NCBI GenBank assembly: GCA_041613315.1
Contig: JBFJHJ010000024.1
Span: 1-48,920 of the forward strand
Direction of reading: 5' to 3'
Length of the DNA: 48,920 bases
Source: Gemmatimonadales bacterium
Lineage (GTDB): Bacteria; Gemmatimonadota; Gemmatimonadetes; Gemmatimonadales; GWC2-71-9
The notes below the pieces were generated by a model. It did no database searches and was not told the origin of the DNA. It saw only the letters and a list, made by a program, of their open reading frames with translations. Shown in pieces: positions 38,672-46,854 of the stretch (within the stretch, counting starts at the first letter, position 1; every line of letters starts with the position of its first letter). Made by a program: the position numbers and the translations under genes.

Positions 38672-39706
38672 GTGAGCCGTTGGGCGGCAGTGCTGGCGGG
38701 CGGCTCGGGCACGCGGTTCTGGCCGCTCTCCACCTCCACGCGTCCCAAGCAGTTCTTGCCGCTCGCCGGCGATCGGCCCCTGCTCGCCGAAGGGGTGGCT
38801 CGGCTGACGGGGCTTGTCCCGATGGAGCGCGTGCTCGTGGTCACGGGCCCCGCGCTGGCGGAACGCACGCGCCAGCTGCTCCCCGAGCTTCCGGCGGACA
38901 ACGTGCTGGTCGAGCCGCGCGCCGCTTCGACCGGCCCGGCCTTGACGTGGGCCACGGTGACGGCCCGCGCTCGCGATCCCGAGGCGGTGGTGTTGAGCCT
39001 GCACGCCGACTGGTTCGTGGGTGATGACGCGGCATTTCGCGCGACGGCGGCGCGGGCTATGGACGTGGCGACCCGGCACGACGTGCTGGTGACCGTGGGC
39101 GTCGTCCCGACCCGCCCCGAGGCGGGCTACGGCTACATCGAGCCCGGCACGTCGCTGGACGACGGTGACGCGCGCCGCGTGGCGCGCTTCATTGAGAAGC
39201 CCGACGTCGAGCGGGCGACGCGCCTGATCGCGGCGGGGGCATTGTGGAACAGCGGCCTCTTCGCGTGGACCGCGGCCCGCTTTCTGACCGAGACCGCCGC
39301 GGTCGCGCCGGAGATCGCCCCTCACGTCCCGCTGCTCGCCGCGAACGAGATCGACCGCTTCTACACCGCGGTCACGGCCATCGCCGTCGACGTGTCGCAC
39401 TTTGAGCGGAGCACGCGCGTCGTTGTGGTGCCGGGCCGGTTCCCCTGGGACGATGTGGGCACCTGGGCGGCGCTCGCCCGTGTGCGGCCGGCAGACGGGG
39501 CCGACAATGTCGCCGTGGGCCATGTGACGCTCCGGGACACGTCGGCCTGTGTCGTGTGGGCAGAGGACCGACCGGTCGTGGTGGATGGCGTGCGGGACCT
39601 CGTCGTGGTGGCGGCGAACGGGGTCACGCTCGTCACGACACGAGCCCGGGCCGCCGATCTCAAGACCCTGCTGGAACGGGTGCCGCCCGTGCTACGGGAG
39701 AGCTGA
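38672..39706 (+). CDS. manC: Mannose-1-phosphate guanylyltransferase (no isomerase domain)
   Basis: LAGGSGTRFWPLS, PKQFL, EP...STGPA, GYGYI, F.EKP, WNSGLF, WDDVGTW. Confidence 0.85.
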   Translation: MSRWAAVLAGGSGTRFWPLSTSTRPKQFLPLAGDRPLLAEGVARLTGLVPMERVLVVTGPALAERTRQLLPELPADNVLVEPRAASTGPALTWATVTARARDPEAVVLSLHADWFVGDDAAFRATAARAMDVATRHDVLVTVGVVPTRPEAGYGYIEPGTSLDDGDARRVARFIEKPDVERATRLIAAGALWNSGLFAWTAARFLTETAAVAPEIAPHVPLLAANEIDRFYTAVTAIAVDVSHFERSTRVVVVPGRFPWDDVGTWAALARVRPADGADNVAVGHVTLRDTSACVVWAEDRPVVVDGVRDLVVVAANGVTLVTTRARAADLKTLLERVPPVLRES

Positions 39707-39708
39707 TC

Positions 39709-40878
39709 GTGACCGACGTGTACCTGGTAGAGCCGGCGGGGGGCCCGGCGTGGTTTCCCTTCGCCGATTGCCGGCCGGTCGCCGAGCTCCGCGCCGGCGC
39801 GTGGCTGATCCGCGAGCGATGGGAGGCGATCGCCCAGGGGGAGGCGCGGGCGATCTTCGGGCCGCCGCATCTCGCGCCGTTCACCGAGGAGGGGTGCCCT
39901 GGGGTCGTGCCGCGCGCTCCGGTGGCGGGGCCCGCGGTGGTGGGTCGATCCGACTTTGCGCCCTCGGGTGTCCCCCCGGCGTTCGGCGAGCGGCCGGCCC
40001 GGCTGGTGAACGACGAGGAGACCGTGGGATGGTGGGTGCCGGCTGGCGACCGGTGGGAGGACGAACACGACGCGTGGGCCGAGGTCGCCGTCGAGGGGAT
40101 GCTTCTCCACGGCGCGTACGACCTGATCACCGCGTTGGAGCACTTCTTGATCGCGGATGTCGCAGACTTCACCCACGAGCGGGCCGACGAGCTTCCGGAG
40201 GGAAGCATCGTGATCGGCGATCCGGGCGATGTGGTGCGCCTCGGCGCCCACGTCGAGCCAGGCGTGACGTTCGACGTGCGGCGTGGCGCCGTGGTGCTGG
40301 AGCAACACGCCTATGTGAAGGGGGGGACGCGCTTCGAAGGACCGGTGTACGTGGGGCCGGGCACCGAAGTGTTGGGTGGGGCCGTCCGCCAATGCGCGAT
40401 CGGGCCCCGGTGTAAGGTGCACGGCGAACTCACCGCCAGCGTGTTTCTCGGGTATGCGAACAAGGCGCACGACGGGTTCGTTGGCCATTCCCTGGTGGGG
40501 CGGTGGGTGAATGTGGGGGCCGGGACCACGACCTCCGACCTCAAGAACACCTACGGGCCGGTGCGCCTGCAGGTGGCGGACCAACGGATCGAGACGGGGC
40601 GGCAGAACTTGGGCACGCTGTTCGGAGACCACGCAAAGACGGCGATCGGGACCCTGCTTGACACCGGCAGCGCGGTCGGGGCGGGTGCCAGCGTGTTCGG
40701 CGCGGCCCACACGCCCAAGTACGTCCCGCCGTTCGCGTGGGGCACCGATGGGGCGACCATGACGCGGGACGGGTTTCTTACCGTCGCCACCCGGGTGATG
40801 CCGCGGCGCCAGGTCGAGGTGACCGATGCGGTGCGTGTCGGCCTCGCGGCGATTTACGATCACGCGGTGGCCCCGTGA
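39709..40878 (+). CDS. Putative sugar nucleotidyltransferase-like / hexapeptide-repeat protein (GlmU-like)
   Basis: PF...RPVAELRAG, NKAHDGFVGHS..G.WVN.GAGT..SDLKNTY, GDH.KTAIGT. Confidence 0.75.
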   Translation: MTDVYLVEPAGGPAWFPFADCRPVAELRAGAWLIRERWEAIAQGEARAIFGPPHLAPFTEEGCPGVVPRAPVAGPAVVGRSDFAPSGVPPAFGERPARLVNDEETVGWWVPAGDRWEDEHDAWAEVAVEGMLLHGAYDLITALEHFLIADVADFTHERADELPEGSIVIGDPGDVVRLGAHVEPGVTFDVRRGAVVLEQHAYVKGGTRFEGPVYVGPGTEVLGGAVRQCAIGPRCKVHGELTASVFLGYANKAHDGFVGHSLVGRWVNVGAGTTTSDLKNTYGPVRLQVADQRIETGRQNLGTLFGDHAKTAIGTLLDTGSAVGAGASVFGAAHTPKYVPPFAWGTDGATMTRDGFLTVATRVMPRRQVEVTDAVRVGLAAIYDHAVAP

Positions 40879-41684
40879 GGATCGCAATCCTCGGGTCAGG
40901 GAGCCGCGGCAATGCCATCGCGTTCACGACGGACGGGGCGGCGCTGCTCGTCGATGCGGGGTTCGGGATGCGGGCGCTCGCCCGTCGCGCGCGCGCGGTG
41001 GGTGTCGACCTCACGCGCCTGAGCGCGGTGCTCCTGACACACGAGCACGGCGATCACGCGCGTGGCGCGGCGGCGCTGGCGCGCCGCGTGGGCTGCCCCG
41101 TGATCGCCTCTCCGGGCACCTTACAGGCGCTGCGCCGCCGGCTCGGGGCGGTCCCGACCGGCGTGTTGCGCGCCGGCGGTCGGGTCGACGTGGGTCCTTT
41201 TGCGGTGACGGCGTGCCGGACGAGCCACGATGCCGCCGAGCCGTTGGCCCTCGCGGTGAGCGACGGGTCCACCGCGGCGCGGGCGGGGGTGGCGTACGAC
41301 GTCGGCCGGGCGACGCCGCTGCTGCACGCCTTCCTCCGAGGCGTCGCGTGCCTCCTGCTGGAGGCGAACCACGACGACCGATTGCTCCGGGCGGGGCCGT
41401 ATCCACCGGCGGTCCAACGGCGCATCGCCGGCCCCGGTGGGCACCTGTCGAATGCGGCCGCTGCGGCGCTCGCGGCGACCGTATGTCACGCCGGGCTCCG
41501 GACCGTGGTGCTCACGCACCTGAGCGGGCAGTGCAACCGCCCCGACCTCGCGCGCCGGGCGATGCGCGCGGCGCTGGAGCGCCGCGGGTTCTGCGGCGCC
41601 CTCCTCGTGGCCCGCCAGGCGATGCCCCTCGGGCCGTTCGACGTCGTTCCCCCGACTCAGCTGTCGCTCGACATCCCGGCCTGA
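40875..41684 (+). CDS. MBL-fold metallo-hydrolase (YycJ/WalJ-like)
   Basis: LGSGSRGNA, LLVDAG, THEHGDH, SHDA, EANHD, GHLSN, HLS..CN. Confidence 0.88.
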   Translation: MRIAILGSGSRGNAIAFTTDGAALLVDAGFGMRALARRARAVGVDLTRLSAVLLTHEHGDHARGAAALARRVGCPVIASPGTLQALRRRLGAVPTGVLRAGGRVDVGPFAVTACRTSHDAAEPLALAVSDGSTAARAGVAYDVGRATPLLHAFLRGVACLLLEANHDDRLLRAGPYPPAVQRRIAGPGGHLSNAAAAALAATVCHAGLRTVVLTHLSGQCNRPDLARRAMRAALERRGFCGALLVARQAMPLGPFDVVPPTQLSLDIPA

Positions 41685-42850
41685 CCGTCGGGGAGCGGGT
41701 CGTCTGCGGCGAGCGGTGCCACGCGGGGCTCCCATTCCCACATCATGCGCGTGAACGCATGGGCGAGCTCGCCGTCGAACTCGGTGCCCGAGCGCTCTTC
41801 CAGGTAAGCGAGCACCTGGTCCGAGGGCCAGGCGTCGCGGTACGGCCGTTTCGTCCGCAACGCGTCGTACACGTCGCAGACATGGACGAGGCGACTGACC
41901 ACGTGGCAGTCGCGGGCGTAGGTGAGCTGCGGATAACCGCTCCCGTTCAGCATGATGTGGTGCTCGTACGCGACCACGGCGGCGAGGTCCAGTTCGCCCT
42001 CGGCCGCGAGGATGAGGCGCGCCCCCTCCACGGGGTGGCTATTCATCACTGCGCGCTCTTGGGGCGTGAGCTTTCCCGGTTTGGTGAGTACCTCGATGGG
42101 CACCTTCACCTTGCCAAGATCATGCATCAGGCCCGCGACTCCACACGCCCGGATGTCACGAGCGCCCATCCCCAGCCACTCGCCGAGGGCCATCGCCAGG
42201 ACGCACACATTGAGCGAATGCGTCGTCGTGTACTCGTCGTAGCCGCGCAGCGTGAGGAGCGGCAGCATCACCTGCTGATCGCCGTGCATCGCCACGGAGA
42301 GGGCCCGCACGACCGCCTCCGCTTCGGTGAGCGGCAGGGGTCGGCCGGACGCCAGCTCGTCGTGCAGCCACTGGATCGTGTCGGCTTCCTCGCGCAGGCT
42401 CAGGGCAATGGTGGCGGTCAGCAGTTCGCCGTCCGCGGCCGGGCTGACGCCGCGAATCCCCAGGGTTCCAAAACGGATGCCGCCCGGCCGCATCTGGCGT
42501 GCCTCCGTCGTGTCGGGGCCGCGGCCGGTGAGGCGGGCCAACACGCTCTCCATGAATTCTTCCACCTCGCCGCGACTCACGCCCGCATCGAACTGCAGCC
42601 GCTGGACGCCGATCCCCCCGAGACGCTGCGCCCAGTCCCAGCCCCGTAGGTCACGCAGCGGCTGATCGCCGTACACCACCTCGTCCCCGAGGAACGAGAA
42701 CACCGGGGTCGGATCTTCGCTCAAGAGGAGCATCAGCCGCTCGTAGACGGTGTCGAGCACGTGCTCCCGGCGGGCATGTCCCTCCGGATACAGCCCGAGC
42801 GTCGATAGCGCCTGCGCAAACGCGTTGAGGAAGCTGATCGCGGTGGACAC
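41657..42850 (-). CDS. HD-GYP domain cyclic-dinucleotide phosphodiesterase with YPxGH N-terminal domain
   Basis: YT..HSLNV, HDLGK, HP..G, HH...NGSGYP, D.YDAL, RPYR. Confidence 0.88.
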   Translation of the reverse strand: MSTAISFLNAFAQALSTLGLYPEGHARREHVLDTVYERLMLLLSEDPTPVFSFLGDEVVYGDQPLRDLRGWDWAQRLGGIGVQRLQFDAGVSRGEVEEFMESVLARLTGRGPDTTEARQMRPGGIRFGTLGIRGVSPAADGELLTATIALSLREEADTIQWLHDELASGRPLPLTEAEAVVRALSVAMHGDQQVMLPLLTLRGYDEYTTTHSLNVCVLAMALGEWLGMGARDIRACGVAGLMHDLGKVKVPIEVLTKPGKLTPQERAVMNSHPVEGARLILAAEGELDLAAVVAYEHHIMLNGSGYPQLTYARDCHVVSRLVHVCDVYDALRTKRPYRDAWPSDQVLAYLEERSGTEFDGELAHAFTRMMWEWEPRVAPLAADDPLPDGQAGMSSDS

Positions 42851-44971
42851 TCAGCGTGGCTCCCGTAGGGAACCCGCTGCGGCCTGCACGATCTCGCGGT
42901 CGCGGGAGCGCGCCGCGAGAGCGAGCACTTCACGTGCGCGCTCGTCATCGGCGAACCCGTGCAACGCCTCGAGGGCAGCCAGGTACTCCGGCGTCTTGGC
43001 GGGCGCCTTCGTGCCGAGGAGCCCACGGCGGCGGGGCGCCGCGATCGTGAGGAGCGCTTCGAGCGCGCTCCGGTGGCCGCTGACGCCGAGCACGCGGATC
43101 GCGAGGGTGCGGAGATCTTCGCTCGCGGCCGAGGAGGCGCGGGCGACGACGACCGGGACGAGCGGTGGGGGGCACCCGTCAAGGGCCGCGGCCAGCCCGA
43201 GGCGGACTGTGCGCTCGTCGGCATCGGTAAGCGCCGCCGCAATCGCCCGCTCTCGCTCATCCGGGTCCTTGAGGAGTATCCGCATCGCCTCCCGCCGGAC
43301 ACGATGATCCTGGTGCTTCACGTACTCGGTGGGTTTGAAGCCGGGTGCCGGCGTCGGCAGGTCGCCGAGGATTTTCAGCATGTTGCGCTGCACGTACCAG
43401 CGCTTGTCGTCGAGGCGTTGGAGCGCGAGCGGTGCGACACGGTCCCCCAAGCCCACGAGACGATCCAGCAGGACCCGCCGCGCCTGCGAGGAGTCCGTCT
43501 CAGCGAGGGTGTCGAGCATCGGTTCCGCCGCGGCCAGCCCCACCCGAGGAAGGAGCAAATCCAGGATCGCGGGATCGAACGGTTCGGTCCGTGTCGCGCG
43601 GTGGATCATCTCCGGCGTCGCAACGTGAGACCAGAGCGCGTCCCGGGTCTTCGACGCCTTGGCGGCTTCCAACGTCTCGAGGATCCATTTCAATCCGCCG
43701 TCGGCAGCGAGTTCGTCCAGCGCGCGGCGCACCGGTTCGCCGATGGCGTTCGCCTCGAGCGCCATCTCCACGACCCGACGGGGCTCGGGGCGATAGCGCT
43801 CGTCGAGGCCCGCCGTGAAGATCGGGCTGGCCGACGCCATGCGTTCCAGCGCCGATCGATACGCGGTCGGGTTGGGATCCCGCAGGGACCATCCGCGGAC
43901 CAGCGTCGCCACCTGTTCGCGAATGGCCTCGTCCGCCTCCTGGCGGCGCGGGGGTGGTCCGCTGTCCGCGTGACGCGCCAACTTCCGGAGCATACGGAGC
44001 ATCGAGTGGGAGATCGTCTGGTCGCCCTCCGCCGCGCCGGCCGCCCGGACCAGATCGACCACGGCCTGGACGGCGACCGTTTGGGAGGCATTGAGCACGA
44101 ACTGCCGCCGCTGGGCGCGGTCGCCGCCCATCTCCAACAGGCGTTCGAGCGTCTGGGGATCGAGCGTGCTGATGAGCGCCGAGAGGCGCTGGCGCAGCTC
44201 GAGCGTCTCGCCCGTGCCGCTCGCTCGCATTTCGTCGGCCATTTGGAGGAGGTATCCGACGATGACCTGGTCGTACGCCGAGCCGCGGCGGTGCGCTTCG
44301 ATCGCCTGCGCGACGACGCGGGGATCGGTATCGTCCTCGGCGTCACCGCCTTTCCCGAGGTCCGTCCCCAGCTCCTCCCCCGCGAGGGCGGCCCGGGCAA
44401 GGCCGATCCAGAGCTGAGCGGCCCGCGTCCGCGCTTCCCCGCCCCGCTCCTCATCCCCCTCGCCGGGCTTCTCGTCTCCCTCGCCGACGAGTTCCAGGCG
44501 CTCGTAGGTCATGGGATAGAGCCGCACGTGAGGCCACGCCGCCAAGCGCTCCGGCGGCCCCACCCCGAGCGGGTCACCGGTGCGGTCGGCCTCCTGCGCC
44601 ACGAGGCATAGCACGTCATGGACCTCCTTACCGGTCACCCCGGGCTGGAACGACACGGCGCCCAGATGGTGCCGGTGCAGCCGTGCCGCCAGGTCGGCGA
44701 GCACGGGGTGACGCGGATCGGTGGCCACCCCCTCGATCACGAGCTGGTTTCGGGCCACGCCCAGCGACAGCGTGCCCCGCTGCTCCAACAGGGTCTTCAG
44801 GCGGTGGACCACCCCGTCGGCGGCCGGCATCAGCGACGGATGCCCCGCGGGGTACATGGCGTGCTTGTTGAGGGCGATGGAGAGCTCGATCAGGAACTCG
44901 CCGAGCTCGCGCGAGAGCGCGGCGTGTTCCCGAGCGGGTGGCTGGGCGCCGCGCGGGGGCTCAGTCACCAA
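42851..44971 (-). CDS. HEAT-repeat protein with YPxGH N-terminal domain
   Basis: C-terminal HEAT units (D.RWYV.RN, H.D.RVRREA); N-terminal MYPAGHP; start approximate. Confidence 0.75.
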   Translation of the reverse strand: MVTEPPRGAQPPAREHAALSRELGEFLIELSIALNKHAMYPAGHPSLMPAADGVVHRLKTLLEQRGTLSLGVARNQLVIEGVATDPRHPVLADLAARLHRHHLGAVSFQPGVTGKEVHDVLCLVAQEADRTGDPLGVGPPERLAAWPHVRLYPMTYERLELVGEGDEKPGEGDEERGGEARTRAAQLWIGLARAALAGEELGTDLGKGGDAEDDTDPRVVAQAIEAHRRGSAYDQVIVGYLLQMADEMRASGTGETLELRQRLSALISTLDPQTLERLLEMGGDRAQRRQFVLNASQTVAVQAVVDLVRAAGAAEGDQTISHSMLRMLRKLARHADSGPPPRRQEADEAIREQVATLVRGWSLRDPNPTAYRSALERMASASPIFTAGLDERYRPEPRRVVEMALEANAIGEPVRRALDELAADGGLKWILETLEAAKASKTRDALWSHVATPEMIHRATRTEPFDPAILDLLLPRVGLAAAEPMLDTLAETDSSQARRVLLDRLVGLGDRVAPLALQRLDDKRWYVQRNMLKILGDLPTPAPGFKPTEYVKHQDHRVRREAMRILLKDPDERERAIAAALTDADERTVRLGLAAALDGCPPPLVPVVVARASSAASEDLRTLAIRVLGVSGHRSALEALLTIAAPRRRGLLGTKAPAKTPEYLAALEALHGFADDERAREVLALAARSRDREIVQAAAGSLREPR

Positions 44972-45004
44972 TGGGCGAGACGGCAGGCCACTGCTGCCAG
45001 CGTG

Positions 45005-45409
45005 CTATCCGCTCGTGCCGTGCGGAAACGGGGGGGCGGGCGGAACCTCCACGCCCCCCGGGCGTGGGGTCGGCGGGCCGACGCGCTTGAGCGATACCGG
45101 CTCCTCCAGGTCTCCGTCGGACAGTGTCATGGTGCTGCCTTTGAGCGCCAATGTATACCCGACCCACTCATCTCCGAAGGCGATGTACAGCACCCCCGGC
45201 AGAAGGCGCCAGCGCACCGTCTCCTCGCCAAAGCTGGCCGACGAGTCGGGGCGCACGATAACCTGCTTGGGGCCGTCCGGCGTTTCAGCCTGCCAGGTCC
45301 CGGCGATGTCGGGTAACCGGGCCGACGTGCGGCTCTGGCCCAGGGTGGCCACGGGCGTGATCGCCGCCAGGGCCGCGAGCACGAGTAGCGAACGAACGAA
45401 CATACGCAA
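45005..45409 (-). CDS. Small exported hypothetical protein
   Basis: Signal peptide, IAGTW beta-rich domain, Pro-rich tail; start 45409 (TTG) or 45403 (ATG). Confidence 0.65.
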   Translation of the reverse strand: MRMFVRSLLVLAALAAITPVATLGQSRTSARLPDIAGTWQAETPDGPKQVIVRPDSSASFGEETVRWRLLPGVLYIAFGDEWVGYTLALKGSTMTLSDGDLEEPVSLKRVGPPTPRPGGVEVPPAPPFPHGTSG

Positions 45410-45489
45410 AAATTATCTCCCTCCGGCGGCCGGCGCCACTCGCCCGCGCGCGCCGCAACCGGCCGTCGTACCCCTCGATGGAGCGAAAG

Positions 45490-46482
45490 ATGCGTTTAGC
45501 ACCCGTGGTGTCCCTACTCGGCCTCACCGCCGGATGGTTGCACGCTCAGGATCTCCCCCGGCGGCCCGTCGCCACGTACTCGATCGTCGCCGTGGACTCG
45601 GTCACCGGCGAGATCGGCGTGGCGGTCCAGTCCCACTGGTTCAGCGTCGGCAGCGTCGTCCCCTTCGCCGAGCCCGGCGTGGGCGCGGTCGCGACGCAGT
45701 CGTTTGTGGAGCCCGGCTACGGCCCCCGGGGGCTTTACCTCATGCGCAGCGGCGTGCCCGCTCCGGAGGCGCTCGCCGCGCTCCTCCGGGCGGATCCCGA
45801 TAGCCAGGTCCGCCAAGTGGCGATGATCGACGCGCGGGGACGCGTGGCCGCGCATACCGGCACCCGGGATATCCCGGCCGCCGGCCACCAGGTCGGCCGA
45901 TGGTACTCGGTGCAGGCCAACCTGATGCGCAATGAGATCGTGTGGCCGGCCATGGCCCGCACCTTCGCGGAGACGCGAGGAGACCTCGCGGAACGCATGC
46001 TGGCGGCGCTGGACGCGGCGGAGGCGGCCGGGGGGGACATCCGCGGCCGGCAGTCGGCGGCCCTGGTGGTCGTGAGCGGCGATCCGGGGGACCCGCCGTG
46101 GGCGAAGCGGTTCGACCTGCGCGTGGAGGACGCGCGTGATCCGCTGCGCGAGTTGCGGCGGCTGCTCGGAGTGGCCCGCGCCTACCGGGCGGCGACGGAG
46201 GGGGACAACTTCCTGACGGCGGGGAAAGTCGACTCCGCCCTCGCGGCCTACGGTCGCGCCGCCGCGTTGCTCCCGGACAGCGCGACCAACGGGGAGCTCG
46301 TCTACTGGCAGGCGGTGACGCTTGCCGATCTGGGTCGGGTGGAGGCGGCGATCCCCCTCTTCCGCCGGGCGTTCCGGCAGGACCGGAGCTGGATCGCGCT
46401 GTTGTGGCGGTTGCCGAGCGTTGGGCTCCTGCGGGCGGACTCGACCGCGCTCGCGCGGATCGTGCGGGAGGCTGGGCGCTGA
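45490..46482 (+). CDS. DUF1028 (Ntn-hydrolase-like) protein with C-terminal TPR
   Basis: TYSIVA.D..TG..GVAVQSH, GVGAVATQ, GGD.RG.QSAAL, DLRVED; TPR-like helices. Confidence 0.85.
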   Translation: MRLAPVVSLLGLTAGWLHAQDLPRRPVATYSIVAVDSVTGEIGVAVQSHWFSVGSVVPFAEPGVGAVATQSFVEPGYGPRGLYLMRSGVPAPEALAALLRADPDSQVRQVAMIDARGRVAAHTGTRDIPAAGHQVGRWYSVQANLMRNEIVWPAMARTFAETRGDLAERMLAALDAAEAAGGDIRGRQSAALVVVSGDPGDPPWAKRFDLRVEDARDPLRELRRLLGVARAYRAATEGDNFLTAGKVDSALAAYGRAAALLPDSATNGELVYWQAVTLADLGRVEAAIPLFRRAFRQDRSWIALLWRLPSVGLLRADSTALARIVREAGR

Positions 46483-46489
46483 GAACAAC

Positions 46490-46522
46490 GGCGCCTCGGG
46501 GGGGTGATCTCCCCGGGGCGCC
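46490..46522. terminator. GC-rich hairpin after the DUF1028 gene
   Basis: GGCGCCTCGGGGGG...CTCCCCGGGGCGCC, 7 nt after the stop at 46482; weak U tract. Confidence 0.55.
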
Positions 46523-46617
46523 ACCTGATGCTGCGGTCAGATGTCCGACACGCCCCGATCGTGCAGCGTGTCGGAACGTCCGTCCGTCTTAGTACATCCC
46601 GCCCATGCCGCCGCCCG
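46490..46617. repeat. Direct repeat copy 1: displaced groEL 3' end, 3' UTR and terminator
   Basis: Matches 48193-48324 with 5 substitutions and short indels; the minus strand encodes [12 protein letters not shown]. Confidence 0.95.
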
Positions 46618-46618
46618 C

Positions 46619-46647
46619 TGGCGCTCCCGTTTCCGGCCCCGTATGTT
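46619..46647 (+). promoter_or_regulatory. Putative promoter TGGCGC-N17-TATGTT for the SBP56 gene
   Basis: TATGTT at 46642-46647; -35 weak. Confidence 0.35.
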
Positions 46648-46854
46648 GCTGCCGCCCGGAGCTCCCGCCTCCGAGTGGAAGCGCATGGCCGCCCGTTCGG
46701 GCTCCCCGACGTTCTGCAGCCGCAGAACGACTGACTCACCTGACTTCGCGTCACCTGAGCCGTCCTCAGGCTCGCGTCCATCGCTGGGCGTTGGCGGGCT
46801 GATGTTCCTTCTGCAAAGGTCGCTCTGGTTCCCCATCCACCGCTGGAGGTACCT

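Noticed and set aside
41657..41684. 28 bp convergent overlap of the MBL hydrolase and HD-GYP genes
   Set aside because: Short 3' overlaps are common in compact high-GC genomes.
46589..46617. Second groEL gene or pseudogene
   Set aside because: Only about 8 terminal codons are present and similarity ends sharply; better explained as an attachment-site-like duplication.
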